Of a stretch of 64,000 nucleotides of DNA, positions 48,756-61,736 are shown piece by piece (the stretch's first letter is position 1; every line of letters starts with the position of its first letter). The stretch lies in NCBI GenBank assembly GCA_002104905.1, contig MCFE01000492.1, positions 1 through 64,000 on the forward strand, in the 5' to 3' direction. The position numbers and the translations under genes were made by a program. The notes beneath the pieces were generated by a model. The model was not told where the DNA came from, did not search any database, and saw nothing but the letters and a program-made list of their open reading frames with translations. This stretch comes from Basidiobolus meristosporus CBS 931.73. Lineage: Eukaryota; Fungi; Basidiobolomycota.

Positions 48756-50774
48756 TTAATAGCAAGTGATCAGGCCGCAATTAAAGAACAAGGGTTTTAG
48801 TGGCCGCTGAAGGTCAGCTGGTAAAAAATCGGTTTCTAATGGATACATAATCGAGGGCGACATGGTCACCCACGATGAAAGAATACAGCAACATGTTGAG
48901 ATACTATAGACAAGGATGACAGGGCGGTCATCGTGAACTACGCTCAAAGAACAGGATGAGGTCAAGAACGTAAAAAGTGGATTATGGCCAGTGCTGCAAA
49001 TAGGTTGACACTGCATATGGTCAGTAAAGTGGGGGCAGAGGTTGAAGCAGACTACAGATACGACAACCAAACGTGTAAGTATGGTGGATTCGACATGAAC
49101 GTGGTGATTCTTAACGCGTTTCCTTACCGCCAATAGAATGAATACGACGTATACGTTCCAGGGGATTGTGAAGAAGTTCATGATGGTGGATCGTGATTCC
49201 TCGGGTATATAGGCGCTACGTAAGGTACCGATCATCGGATAATACATACCACAGCCAAATTCAAAGATATTGAAGCAGAAGAAAATCCAATTCTGAGTCT
49301 AAATTTGGGAACGGCACAGTGGTTAGCACACCGGGCTGTAGAGAATTTCGTGACTGCCTTACCGATATCAGTTTGGTGCTGATGAGCGCAGCGCCAGAGA
49401 TGAAGAATGTGATCTTTCCTATAGTCTTGGGATTCCATCCAAGGTTTGTTAGGAGCTGGAATACGGAGGAGCCGATCATCATGGACACCATAAAACTGGA
49501 GAAAATAATCCCGAAAGGCAACGTGTTGCTTGCTACAAAAATCCATCTATTCAGCACGGATACTCAACAGAACCTAATGTGATAGGCAACACTACCATCG
49601 GCTGCCTCTAGAATAGGCCCCCACAGGGAAATGATGCTGAACATGGCTCCCTCAAAGAGAGCTTGGACCGCGCCTACCAAGGCGATTCTATGGTCTAGGG
49701 GCAGGAACGTGAGAACGCTGTAAACAAATCTGCTTGGCTTCTCCGCCCTCACCTTTGATGATGTGTGTTATCCCGCGATACAACGAGTCTCGGGTGGTCT
49801 CAAATTTCTACATCAACCCAGAGACGCTTTAATGGCTGAGCAAATAGTTCACAGATCACTGAAAGCTTACCTCAGTTCCGCCATAATTCTCGTTCCAGAA
49901 GATGGTTATCAGTGCTGCACCTAGTCCAAAACACCCAACAGCAGCATAAAATGGGGCTACTTCTCCAAAGATATCTACAATTGTGTCTGCAAAAAGGCCA
50001 CAGCTGATGGCAGTAATTCCGTTTAGGTAGGTGGCCCAGGAAAAGGTTTTTGCCAGTGTAAACGGCGAGAATCCTTTGCAGAGAAGCACCAGAGGAGTCA
50101 GTAGCACATTCGAGTCGCAGCTTTAAGTTTATACTAACCCTCTTTGAAATGCTGGCTAACCATCCAGCTCTCGAAAATGGAATACAGAAGCGACGTACTG
50201 ATTCCTGCCAATACCTTCCCTACAAATAGGAACCCCATGACTGGAAAGGTAGCCATGGTGCTTGAAAGGGAATAAAGTAGGGTAAACCACAGGCAGACTC
50301 GTTTTCTTCCGCTATACAATTTAATTTTAAATTCAACAATCCCATAAAAACTTAACTAGAGCTAGTCGACTCTTACTAGTTATCTGCAATCGACCCAAGT
50401 AAGGCCCCAAACAAGGCACTTGAAAGGTATCCAGTCATGAAGAGAAGCGATATATCATGCATATTCAAACCGTGACTCTTGTATAGTGCATATATGTATG
50501 GACCTTGTAGCCAATCACCCGCTGTAGTTTGAGTTTGTTAAGAATAGCACCAAGATGCCGGCCACATGAAGGTCACCTTACCCATAACTAAGCAATATAC
50601 CAGCAAGTATTTGTTGCGAAAAGAGCGATATTTAACAGGGTCATGTCTCCCACGCTCTTTGTGCGGATCTTCCTCGTCTAAAGGAAGAGGCTCGGCACTT
50701 GCAGAGCGCGAATTGAGAAATGCGAGAAAAAGGGCTGGAACAGTAAGCCCTATAAACGTTTGTGTAAATATCAT
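48756..50774 (-). CDS. MFS transporter, MFSD5/MOT2 (DUF791) molybdate-anion transporter family, multi-exon
   Basis: FRNKYLLVYCLVM, GRVLAGISTSLL-like GKVLAGISTSLLYSIFESWMVSQH, FWNENYG, QALFEGAMF, LPFGIIFSSFMVSMMIGS, TIMNFFTIPWN. Confidence 0.88.
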
Positions 50775-53409
50775 GATGCCAGAGCCGCAAAAATAGAGAG
50801 GTGTGTATTTGGCGAAGCAACTGAGAAAAAGAGGCTGGAGGGATGCAATAAAGACGTGCTTCCATGTACAGACACATTGTGACTCAATTTGAATTTAAGT
50901 GATCAGCTCCCTCCTTATTGCCTCCAGATGATGCTATACTGAATGAAAAAGGCGAATGCCGTTTCAAATTATGCAGATAGATCAATATAGTAAAACCGTC
51001 CTCATGGGAATTACCACGGGTTCTCGGAATCCATTTGCCTTTTCCCATTGGCCATTCAACTTCAGTCTGGGTGAAAATCGCACTGAGCTAGTAACCAAAC
51101 CGCTTATTATTGGTAATCCATGGCTGTGGATGTGGGATTCGTACCGATGGCTGGTAGCAAGTGTTCCCGCCATTGATTAATTGCACATTGCTATCAATTA
51201 CTGCTGCGTTGCTTCAAGAGCAGCATGAAACGCTGAATGACAGCGGCCCAGGGTATTGCTATAGGTGTAATATACAGCCTTTGGTATCAAATATGACAGT
51301 GATTGTATGCATTACAAAAACTCGGTTACACTCTAAGCTATTAGCATACGTCTTGCAATCCACCTTCTTGATCTCACTCAGTCATTCCGAAAATGCATAA
51401 TAAATCCTGTAATATCCGTATGAATTTTTGACTTGGTTGAGGTTGGCAAGCATTATGTGATTACTTGTTAGAGAGGGCTGTCTGGCACCTGCTTGCATAT
51501 TAAAAGCTATCATACTCAAGAGCAGCGACAAACCTTAACATTTTCCCAACTGCACGTAGCTCCTATAAATATGGTATATCGAAAAGGATGCAGCTATGGC
51601 CATCCAACCATCTTTTAGTCAGTATAATAAGTGAACACACAAGATCAGGGGTAGGGCCTTCAGCAAAAGAAGTTGGGACATGGTAACTGGCAGCCGGTCT
51701 ACTTGGGGGGATACTTTTTGTTTTAAGAATGCTGAAATTGTATGACCACTAACAACGATAGACCTTTCCCCGATACCTACTGATACTTCCCTTATTGCTG
51801 CAAACTATTTCGTACACTAGGGTTATTGGACCAGAAACCGCTTGTAGTGGCGATATCCCAAAAAAAGGGTAAATCATTACTGGCTCTACCGAGGTGGGTG
51901 GTCGATAATTCTGGTTTGAACAAGGATGCTAGCCCGCTTTATAAGCGTGTTACTACCTACGTTAGTGCTAGTCCTGAGGATGTAGTAGTATACGCGTAGC
52001 ATAAACTAGTAGCTGTGAGGGTCGCAGCGCGACTCATCTCTACTCCCTTCAAAGGATATCAAGATTCTGGTGGCTAGTCATGTTCAAGGTAAAGAGACAA
52101 AAGCCACGCCCAAAGTGGTGTGAGCTTAGATGATTGTATCGTATAATTTTCTCATTTTCTGACCTTATCATAGCCTGTAGCCAAACTCCATAATCTTCGT
52201 TCTTTCGTTATTTGGAAGATATGACTTGCACTTTTTAATGTCTCGTGCAGCTAATCAATCATGAGCCAATTGCATGGTTGTTGATATTTTCGAAACTGAA
52301 TTGCCCCACCAATTCTTGTCTATCATACTACATTATTAACAATTGCTAGTTTGCACAAAATTACTCACGTATGTTTAATACCTATTTACACCAATGTACC
52401 GCAATGCCTTAAACATATTGTCAAGTGAAAATCAGTACTATTTTTAGGGTGAATGCTTCTGTGTCAATAGATGTACTATTTATCGGCAACTTGATGACAC
52501 TACTTGTATAAGAAGGGATGATATTGCTAGCTTGCTTACTACTTTACTGTGTTGATATGTAGATGACATCAGCCTACGATGTTGTCCGTGATTTATCTGA
52601 CCCGAGTCATTTCTTTCTCCTATGTTGTGTCCATTAGCAATCTGTGTGCTCGTCTACTTATTAATATTATACAAACAGTGAGTGGACAACAGCTAATATC
52701 AAATAGTCGATTCAAGGCTCAGCCAAGTAGTGGTGCATCTGAGGTACAAACCTGAAATCCACTTCATAACATACACCACAGCACCAATTGCTTTTCCGAT
52801 TGCATATCTAAGAATATATTGCAGTTTGAACCACCAAGTTCATTGGTATTACTGTCTCAGTAGGATAACATGTACGCATTCGTTTTTCAATGAATTACTG
52901 GTCTTGTATGTATGAGTCGAGTACTTTTGGTAATGTGTCACAATAACTTTCAGAGCCGTCTAGTTCGCCCCGAAACTCTGGCATTGTAGATATCGACTAT
53001 GCCACTTCCTTAAACAACCAGTGCCTCTAGCTGGCTTGAGCTTTGTATGGCAGCTTTAGTTTAATCATTAGTTGATGATTACTCCTGCAATATTCTTATC
53101 CTCCGTAGTTACAAGGCGAGGCCAGCAGCTGGAAATGGCTGCGTGCTCAAAATCAATGCTACTGATATATATGAAGTCAAGCACAGTCTGGATATAGTAT
53201 TGCAAGATATATCTGGCCCCCATTGTTTGAAATAGGCTGCTCAGGAATCGGGTGTAGTGGAATACATGCCAACACTTCTCTATTGATCAAATTTGAAACA
53301 CTGATTACAACATACAACGGCTAAATACATATTGGTTTCTACATTTAGTACATTCGTGGAGATGGGTTAGGGTTCAGTTGATAGATAGCACTTCAGAGAT
53401 GGAGATAGA

Positions 53410-54957
53410 TTAGTAGAGTGCCTTGAAGTCGACCTTTAAGTCACGAATCTCCATTAGCCCAACGCCAGGTTTGGTCCTCAATCGATCAACGTGAATACTA
53501 TCCTTTGGTAGGGACCACGTGTATTTTCTTAACAACATGCTTAATACTACACGCTGCTCAATCAGCGAGAAATTCATTCCCAAACAGCGGCGAGAGCCCC
53601 CACCAAATGGCATCCAAGAGTAAAGATAATGCTCTACCTTCTCATCCAGGAAACGCTCGGGCATGAAGCTGTAGGGGTTATCCCAATTTTTTGGATTATG
53701 GTGCATGGAATAAATATGAATATTGACTGCAGTTCCCTCCGGGAGTACGAACTCTCCAAATTGAACCGACTTCATACAATGGCGAGGTATCACTTGAGAA
53801 GCGGATGGATTCAGGCGCATAGACTCTTTCATAATAGCAGTGATGAGCGGGAGTTCGTTTTGCTGCTGCTGGAAAGTTGGCCATATATCTTGTGGTTCAT
53901 TACCCAATACCCGGATTGCTTCCTCACGGGCCTGCTGTTGGATCGTGGGATGAATGGCCAGATAGTAAATGGCAGACGCAAGAGCGTTTGCTGTGGTGTC
54001 GTGTCCAGCGATGAAAAACGCTACGACATCGTTACGAATCTCTTCCGGAGTAAGCGCCTGGTTCTCCTCCTCTCCTGAAAGAACCATCAAGGTCACTAGA
54101 TCGGCTTTCTGCGAGTCAGTGACTTTATTCTTGCGGATATTCTCAATCTTACTGTTGATAATCTCCATGATAAAGTCATTGAATCTCGCTAGTTCTGTTT
54201 GATATCCACGACGACCAACCAGCGGGAGGTTTTCTAAGTGCGGAAACATGGCGTAGAAAGGATTGCGGATCCCGGTCGTGATGTAATTATACAGTTGAAC
54301 CAGGTCTCCTGCTTTGTTTTCAATAGAGTTGAAATCATAGTCAAAGATGATTTTCCCAAGAGCATCCAGTGTCATGCGCTGCATCAAGTCGGTTACAGAG
54401 ACGGATTCATGGGTGTGCTCAATCTCTACGATCAGCTTGGATACCAGCTCACCAAATGCCGCCGTGCTCCAAGAGCGATGGAACGCAGGGTTCGCCACCT
54501 GACGATGCCTCTTCCACTCTTTTCCGTTGGCCGAGGCTATGTTCACCTGTACAAGTTTGGCGCGTAATGTGTGTGGCAACTCTTTACTCATTTCGATCTT
54601 AGGGAAGGTGTCTATATCCATCAGGATCACCTTAGCATAATCTGGATTTGATACTGAAACCATCCACCTCCCGAAAGAAAATTGCTTTCCAATCCCTTTT
54701 TCATTCAGGACAGGTACCAGGAGCTTGTCGAAACGCTCCAAGCCATCCATGGATCTCAACGTGGCTAGCAGGCTCTTCCAAAAGGGCACTGTTGGGATGT
54801 CGCGCAAGGCCGGAGGGCACCAGAGCTTGGTGTAGAAATGCCAGACAATGGCTAGGAAAAATGTGAGACCAATGATTGGAAGAGTTCCTTGATCCATGCT
54901 AAGCACCACTAGAAACTTGGTCGTTGAATGAAATATACTGATTTGAAGTGGCGTCAT
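53410..54957 (-). CDS. Cytochrome P450, intronless
   Basis: N-terminal TM, I-helix FFIAGHDTT, ExxR (KESMR), PERF, and haem motif FGGGSRRCLG. All motifs are intact. Confidence 0.97.
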   Translation of the reverse strand: MTPLQISIFHSTTKFLVVLSMDQGTLPIIGLTFFLAIVWHFYTKLWCPPALRDIPTVPFWKSLLATLRSMDGLERFDKLLVPVLNEKGIGKQFSFGRWMVSVSNPDYAKVILMDIDTFPKIEMSKELPHTLRAKLVQVNIASANGKEWKRHRQVANPAFHRSWSTAAFGELVSKLIVEIEHTHESVSVTDLMQRMTLDALGKIIFDYDFNSIENKAGDLVQLYNYITTGIRNPFYAMFPHLENLPLVGRRGYQTELARFNDFIMEIINSKIENIRKNKVTDSQKADLVTLMVLSGEEENQALTPEEIRNDVVAFFIAGHDTTANALASAIYYLAIHPTIQQQAREEAIRVLGNEPQDIWPTFQQQQNELPLITAIMKESMRLNPSASQVIPRHCMKSVQFGEFVLPEGTAVNIHIYSMHHNPKNWDNPYSFMPERFLDEKVEHYLYSWMPFGGGSRRCLGMNFSLIEQRVVLSMLLRKYTWSLPKDSIHVDRLRTKPGVGLMEIRDLKVDFKALY

Positions 54958-55949
54958 CCACTGCTGGCTTATATACTTGTGAAAAGGATATCCGCAGTAA
55001 TTGAGCCTCCAGATCTCTCTATGCGCACTGAGAGTTATTGAATGGACCTCAGCTCCAATGACTGGGTATCTATTGCTAAGATTGGCCGTGTATTACAGGT
55101 TGTAAGTCAAATACGAACTTCATCAGCCCCATAGCATAAAGCCGTGAATTCTCCCAACGTATTACATCATTCTCCAGCATCAGAACCATGCCACTGGCTT
55201 GCAGTCCGGAAACCACATACGCCGAATATCCGACCAGTGTCCGAAACACTTGTGCATGCGTGGTTGAAAGCTACCCAATAGCGGAAAGCAGCGAGGTGTT
55301 TGAGACTGGTGCTCTAGCCTACAACTGTTGGAGTGATAGGAAACCTAACAAAGTGCAGCCATATTTAAGCCTGTTTGGCCTTGCGAATGTAAGTCATTCG
55401 ATGTCATTTTCGAAAATGTCTCAATACAAGTTATCCTTATCAATATAGAATCCTCATTCTCTAGTCAACTTCTACCTAGACCTATGCATCATATTCCAAA
55501 ATTCAAATCAACCATTCGCCACATCATGAATTAATCAACAACAACTAGGGCGCTCCAGACTCCAAAGAGTTGTGAGATATGGTCAGGCTTGGGGATTCGA
55601 TGCTTGAGCTGGGTAATGCGTTTGCCATGTGTATGATATGGCGCACAAGCTCGAACATGTAACATAGTGTGATTACACAAACTCTGCACTGCATTTGCGA
55701 ATCTGGCAAGTGACAAGTTTAGAGTGCCATGGGTCTTGAGTACCGAATACATGCTCCCGGCCCTTCCAAGCTTTTACACATCATGCACAGCATTGACTTC
55801 AAAAAAAAGGTTCAAAAATAGATGATCTCCAACACAGTTGGGTGAAACACAGGGACTACTTTGCATGAAGGTGTAGAACTATGTTTCAGAATGTGTAGAT
55901 AAGTATAGGTCTGCTTTGTCCCTCTGGTACACTATGGCACTGTCCAACA

Positions 55950-56289
55950 GAGCAAGTCAAAGTATATATACCACTTTGATATTCAATAAATCATGAAGTG
56001 AGAACCACATAACTGACTTGCTCTTCCAATCAGGTACAATATCTCCTAAACCCTACAACAGGCTATGAGCCTCAAGTTGTCACTCTGGGGAATATATACT
56101 ATTACAATTGCTGGAGTTTTCCCTCTGATAAAAAGTAGGGTGGCTTTGACTACCAAGTCTGGAAGGTGAAGATAAAGATGATTCTACAAGATAATTCCTT
56201 TGAGATAATGTCACAGAAGAAGAATACTCTCCTAAATGTGTAGGAGAGAAATGTTAAAGCTGTGGCACTTATTGAATGGTGGATCTGAT
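55950..56289 (+). mobile_element. Ty1/copia 5' end relic: partial LTR (to 56060), PBS, start of gag
   Basis: The LTR end CTACAACA is followed by GGCTATGAGCC, resembling the GGTTATG(A/G)GCCC half-tRNA-Met PBS. It then reads FDYQVWKVKIKMILQ...RNVKAVALI with stops. Confidence 0.8.
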
Positions 56290-56639
56290 AGAGTTTCTTG
56301 TTGAGTATGAGGTTATGTTCAATATTGGTGTTGGGTATAGGGTCTTGTATTGGGCACTACAATCTAGGATTGAGTAATATCTCAAGACTCAATGGTAATA
56401 AACCAATCTGTATGGATGAAAAGTAAGGGCACTAGTAGAGTCAGTCAGCAAGGCATGTGAAAAAGAGACAATAGCCAATCAATATACACCAATGTAGGAG
56501 ATGACTGCATGACAGGAATCAAAAAGTGAAAGAAATGGCAGAGAATCAATCAAAAGCAACTTGGCAAAAATGTTCATCTCAACAGTCCCTGAGTTTTTTT
56601 GGGGAATAGGGTGAAATTTTTCCCAACAATTTTTGCACA

Positions 56640-57040
56640 GTATCCGAGTGGCATCATAACCACATTGCTTCCTTGGTGGCCATACATGCTGCTATATACT
56701 CTGCCTCTATGGTGGAAAGTTCTACTGTTGGTGGCTATCTTGAATTCCATGAAATTGCTCCTTTACAGTAAAGAAAAGTGTACCCTGTGGTGGATCACTG
56801 TCTTCTAAATTTTGTCCCCAATCAGCATCAGAGTATCCCACAGAATTCTTTTCTGAATCCTTATAGGTGTACCTTAAGCAGACATCAGCAGTTCCTTTTA
56901 GGTATCAAAAAATCATCTTAACTGCTGCATTATGATCAGATCCTTTGCTGAGATTATGCTGGCTGACAACTCCAACTAAATATGAGATACCTGGATGGGT
57001 TCCAAGCATGATATACATCAGACTGCCAAACATAGACTGG
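56640..57040 (-). mobile_element. Ty1/copia RT-RNaseH relic
   Basis: The minus strand reads GSLMYIMLGTHPGISYLVGVVSQ...AVKMIF*YLKGT...VGYSDADWG...STTGYTFLYCKGAISWNSR*PPTVELSTIEAEYIAACMATKEAMWL*. Confidence 0.95.
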
Positions 57041-57120
57041 TAAGGGAATTCTGGGCTTTCAAGTGGCACCAAGCATCCTTGACTTGATTAAGTTTTGACC
57101 AAGTCAAGGTATGTCTCCAT

Positions 57121-58386
57121 TGTGGTAGCTATTAGTTTACAGTCTTCCATTTGGTACTGCTTGAGTACATCTAAAATATATTTGGACTGTCTTAGGGTGA
57201 TAGTCTGGGAAAATCCTTGTTGGGATTACTTAGAATATTTTCACCAAAATACCAGGTACCCAGAACATGAAAATTCTCAAAGTTGCTCAAACAGCCTCAA
57301 ACCTTGTACACATGTTCTTAGGACCTTCCTTAGCCTATTCTACGTGTTTGTAATGCCAAGACTATGTAAAAGTATAAATACTACTCTCACATTCAATAAA
57401 TCATTAAGTGAAAACCACATAATCTACTTGTTCTCCCAATCACTTCCAATATCTCCAAGACTCTTACAACATGTTATGAACTCCCTGCTATTACTGGAAC
57501 TTCTCCCTTGGCTGAAAAGCTAAATGGATCTAACTACCAACTCTGGAGGGTGAAGATGAAGATATGGCTGCCAGAAAGTGGCCTTGGTGATATTTTCATG
57601 GGAAAAAAAGCCCTCTTAAAGGTACAGGAGGAGTAGCCTCAAAGTACCAGAAGGAAGGACAAAGTGCCTTCAACTGCATATGTGTTGATGTTGAAGACAA
57701 ACTGCTTACTCTATGCTAGAAAACAAAATGGCAATAAATGCCAGGAAGGCATCTGAGGACACCTACCAGTCATGCCCAGCAGCTAAGCAAATGTATTTTT
57801 GTCAAATATTCTTCACTACAAGGATGTTTTGAAGGGAAGAAATGAAATTTCTAATCAACAAAACTACCCTATTGGTTGATGAGATGGGACCAGTGGGTGT
57901 ACAAGCTACCAATGTATATGTGATGGTTACCCTCATGAATGGCCCATCCAACATGCTTCAGGGCACTGTATCAGCCATAGAGTCCAGAATTGAAGATCTA
58001 ATCTTAAAATACTCATGTGGAAAGCTCCTAGTTGAAGGATGTGTGGTATTTTTGTATTATATCTAGTTATTCAGTTAGCTTAGTCACTTGGATCATTACC
58101 TACAAATGTCAGGGAATCCTGACCAAATTCCTAGTTGGGATTTACTTGGAAAATTTTCACCAGATTATTAGTTACCCAAAAGATGAAATATCAAAAGGTT
58201 ATCCAGACAGCCTTAAACTTTGCATATGTGCTCTTGAGACCTTCCTAAGCATATTTCACTTTTTTGTTTTGCCAAGACCATGTAAAAGTATAAGTACCAC
58301 TTTTACATTCAATAAATCATTAAGTGAAAACCACAAAATCTACTTGTTCTGCCAATCACTTCCAGTATCTCCAAAACTCTACAACA
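57121..58386 (+). mobile_element. Internally deleted Ty1/copia derivative: LTR (57121-57471), PBS-like, gag fragment, LTR (58042-58386)
   Basis: Two approximately 350-bp TGTGGTA...ACAACA direct repeats enclose EKLNGSNYQLWRVKMKIWL...AKQMYFCQIFFTTRM...LVDEMGPVGV...AIESRIEDL (copia gag). No target-site duplication was found. Confidence 0.85.
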
Positions 58387-59149
58387 CATATTACATATAT
58401 AAATACAACATTATGTTAAGAGACACCTTGTATATGTTACATGATTTTGGCAGTTTCTGGGGCTTTACCAACTTGTAAAATTAGCCAATGGTTTGTCAGA
58501 TAGCTCAAAGACTCATAGGTTATGATCTAGTTGATACATAGATAGGAATCTAACAGGTGCAAGCACCAGGGATTTGACTAAGCAATTATTTCAAAATATT
58601 AATAGCGCTTACCAAGTGTGCATCTCCCTAGTAGGATTGCATTATAAGTGTCTTATTGACTCTAGGCCATTAGACTGCATAGCCATTCATTGCCTTTCAG
58701 ATGGCAAACTTCCCTTGAAGAGAATTGTATCAAGTATGGAGACTATTGGCCAATATTCAATATAATATAACTATCCCCGCACAGACCAGTGAGACAACTG
58801 TATCAAATCCTTCAAACTAAAATTAAATATGCAGTGCTAACACAGTCAAAAGTCAAAACCTACGCACAGATATACATTTTGAAAGGTGCAAGTGAGATAT
58901 CTAGAGTAAAAGAAGGGTAGTGTGATGGTCAGGAAATGCCGCATCCCTTTTTTGGATTCAATGCACTAGCCATTTCTGATTAATAAATGATTGGCCTTTA
59001 TCTTCTGTTATTCTTCAAAATCTCCTGCTGATAGGATCAAGTGGAAAGATTGATATATTTGCTGGCTTTGTACTTAAGCCATAATAACAAAACCTACGTG
59101 ATTTGATTACTCAAATCAGAGGATAGTTAGGAAGCTCAGTAACAGGGGA

Positions 59150-59395
59150 TTTGTACTTGAATGGAACCGCTAGCCCTCACAGCCTGAACAATTCTACAAG
59201 GATAGTTTAAACAACATATGGAAAGTCAGGTATCATTAATGATGTTCACGAGTTGAGGAATAGGGTCCACTATTGGCATGAACCAATCACCATTCATGAA
59301 ACCAAAGTGACATTCACATATAATCAGAACCACTTCAGCATGTTGCCATCTGCGCTGGCCAAGGGCAAAGCGTATATAGGGCTTATCCAATAGCA
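59150..59395 (+). mobile_element. Probable degenerate PIF1/Helitron-type helicase C-terminal fragment
   Basis: With frameshifts it reads PLLA*T-ITIHE... then GKAYIGL, resembling PLxLAWAITIHKSQG and GQAYVALSR. Confidence 0.45.
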
Positions 59396-60657
59396 TTACA
59401 TATTTATATGCTGTTATAGTCTGTCAGGTTATCTAGATCCTTACCAATAAACTACCAACTGAACAGAGGTTGAAAGGTAGGAAGCAACGTCTAATTGACT
59501 TCATCTATTAGGCTCAGGTGCCAAACCAATCTAGATGATTTTGAGACCAATGTTTAACAAATATATTAGTGCCAATGAAAGGAAGAAATTTGCATCAGGA
59601 AAGTCTAACGAAGGGAAGTAGTGTTCACAAGAGGATGATGTCCGCACAAATTTACATGACATCTTTGCGCGGGGATCATGCTCTGTTTATTGCAAATATC
59701 AGAGGCCCCAAAAGACTTAACACCAAATGCGGCGAGGAAAGATGGGCATGCCGAACAACATTAGCAAGCAAGCTTTCTGATATATCGGATGTATATAAGG
59801 AGCTAGAGAGGCCAGTGTGGCTAAACCATCTACTACAAAATCTGAGAAACAAACAAATCATGCATCCATATCAAGAACTGATCAGTTAGGGTCAACTCTC
59901 GTAACATGTATGCCCAATCAGTAAAATGTACATGAAAATCGAGTGATTGTGATGGAAATGATGCAACGATTTAGTAAGAGGATTAGGTATATAACCCCAA
60001 GTAGAGACGAAGCTCCATCCCACTGTTCGCACCCACATCACTACCCGTGTCCAGCATGCTAGTGTTTCTGAAGGAAAGCAATTATTATAACTTCCCAGTG
60101 ACATCCCCACCCTCGTCCCCACCGACACTTCTATGCGTATATAGACCTAAATAAACCTGAGCCCTGGGCCTAACCAGAATTCAATATATTGTAAGTGTCG
60201 AATCACTCATCCCATGTTAACATCAACCGTATGATCCCGAGTTTGATAAATGGAAAGACTATCAACGAGGATTCATTTAAGTGACTAAGACAGCCTTAGT
60301 GGCAAATTCCTTCGCTCAACCTCCCATTTATCATGCTTCCACTTCACCCACTCGTCTAGTGTAATGACTGACAATGCTACAATGCCCTTATAGCATTCAC
60401 TAAATGCTCTATTTTTGATCATATGAATACGGAATGTCCATTGAAATCAATTTCCATGCAACCATCCATAGTAAACACTGCCCCAATAAGGCAACAAGTA
60501 CATCGTTGATGTGGAAGAGATTGATATCACTAAACTATGTTTAACGTGACGGCGAGGCTCCTTGACACCTTGTGCTAAAACCTAATGTATATTATAATTC
60601 TTCAGACCTATAAAGGCGCGGATCAGAAGCTCTTCTGGGTTGCCATTAATTGCCAAC

Positions 60658-61296
60658 ATGAGCTTGGAAGACACCTCCCACACCTACTGTGATGATACAC
60701 CCAGTCCTGTAGCTGAGAGCTACGAAATTGACCAGCTCTTAAGGACCTTTGACCAGGAGGCCACCATATCCAGAAATATGAATGGCCGGGCGGTTAAAGC
60801 GAAGCGAAAACGCGCCAACTCCCATCAGATTAAAATGCTGAATCAAATACTCAAACACAACAACTTTCCCTCGAAGGAACTGCGGGAAAAGATAGCTCAG
60901 AAAGTTGGCATGCACCCTAGAAGTGTTCAGATATGGTTCCAAAACAAAAGGCAGGAGATGAAGAAGAAGTCCCAACCAAGCGAAGTGATTTTGTCCGACA
61001 TTAATTATCCACACGAGGCAGCAGGAGAGCAATCACCAGCCCCAATCGAGCCTGTGAAAGGTATTAAGCTGCCACCTATATCGAATCTGTTCATAACCAG
61101 CGACAAGTATGTGGCATACATTCGCAACGACTTTATATCCCGTTCGCACAGGCATCCCTTTCCTTGTCTACTTCAAAGGCACGCCATCCCAAAACTTAAA
61201 TTACCTATTCGATCGGTGACTGACAGAAACCCATGCCAAATCAACCTTAGGCAAGATCTTCTCGAGCTTCAAGCTCCACTAGAGTTTCGGTTATAA
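60658..61296 (+). CDS. Homeodomain transcription factor (Q50 type)
   Basis: KRKRANSHQIKML...FPSKELREKIAQKVGMHPRSVQIWFQNKRQ. TATAAA lies at about 60609. A possible 45-nt in-frame intron follows SDK. Confidence 0.92.
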   Translation: MSLEDTSHTYCDDTPSPVAESYEIDQLLRTFDQEATISRNMNGRAVKAKRKRANSHQIKMLNQILKHNNFPSKELREKIAQKVGMHPRSVQIWFQNKRQEMKKKSQPSEVILSDINYPHEAAGEQSPAPIEPVKGIKLPPISNLFITSDKYVAYIRNDFISRSHRHPFPCLLQRHAIPKLKLPIRSVTDRNPCQINLRQDLLELQAPLEFRL

Positions 61297-61736
61297 CATT
61301 ACCAATCGATCTATTCCCAAGATAAAAAGAAACCCAACGTAAACTTGGGATTTCCCACCCCAAGCGCCTTTAATTCTCCAAAACCCATCAAAATATTATT
61401 ATTCCGTTAAACGCAGAATTAAACTTCATCAGTGCGGTTATATCATGTTCCGAACAACCTATATGAAGAGCAAAAACTTGGAGGCTTGGGCTTATCAGTA
61501 GTACAGAGCAACGAACATGGATTAATCTTTGTGGGCTCGTATATTTAATCCTTGGATAGTAAATACAGGAACATGAAGGCAGCATATGAGGAGAATTGGA
61601 GTGAATAAATGATGTGTGAAGACTGGACATTCTCAAGAGAAACCTGAAAATAATCGAGAGCAAGAACATGAAGTGGAGGTACTCTAATGTAGGTTATTTA
61701 ATGTGTTATATATATGCGAACCACGCAAATCATGGC

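Noticed and set aside
53060-53270. Minus-strand YTRFLSSL...IDFEHAAI resembling a MULE transposase segment
   Set aside because: It is a single short similarity with no CxxH motif or terminal inverted repeats seen.
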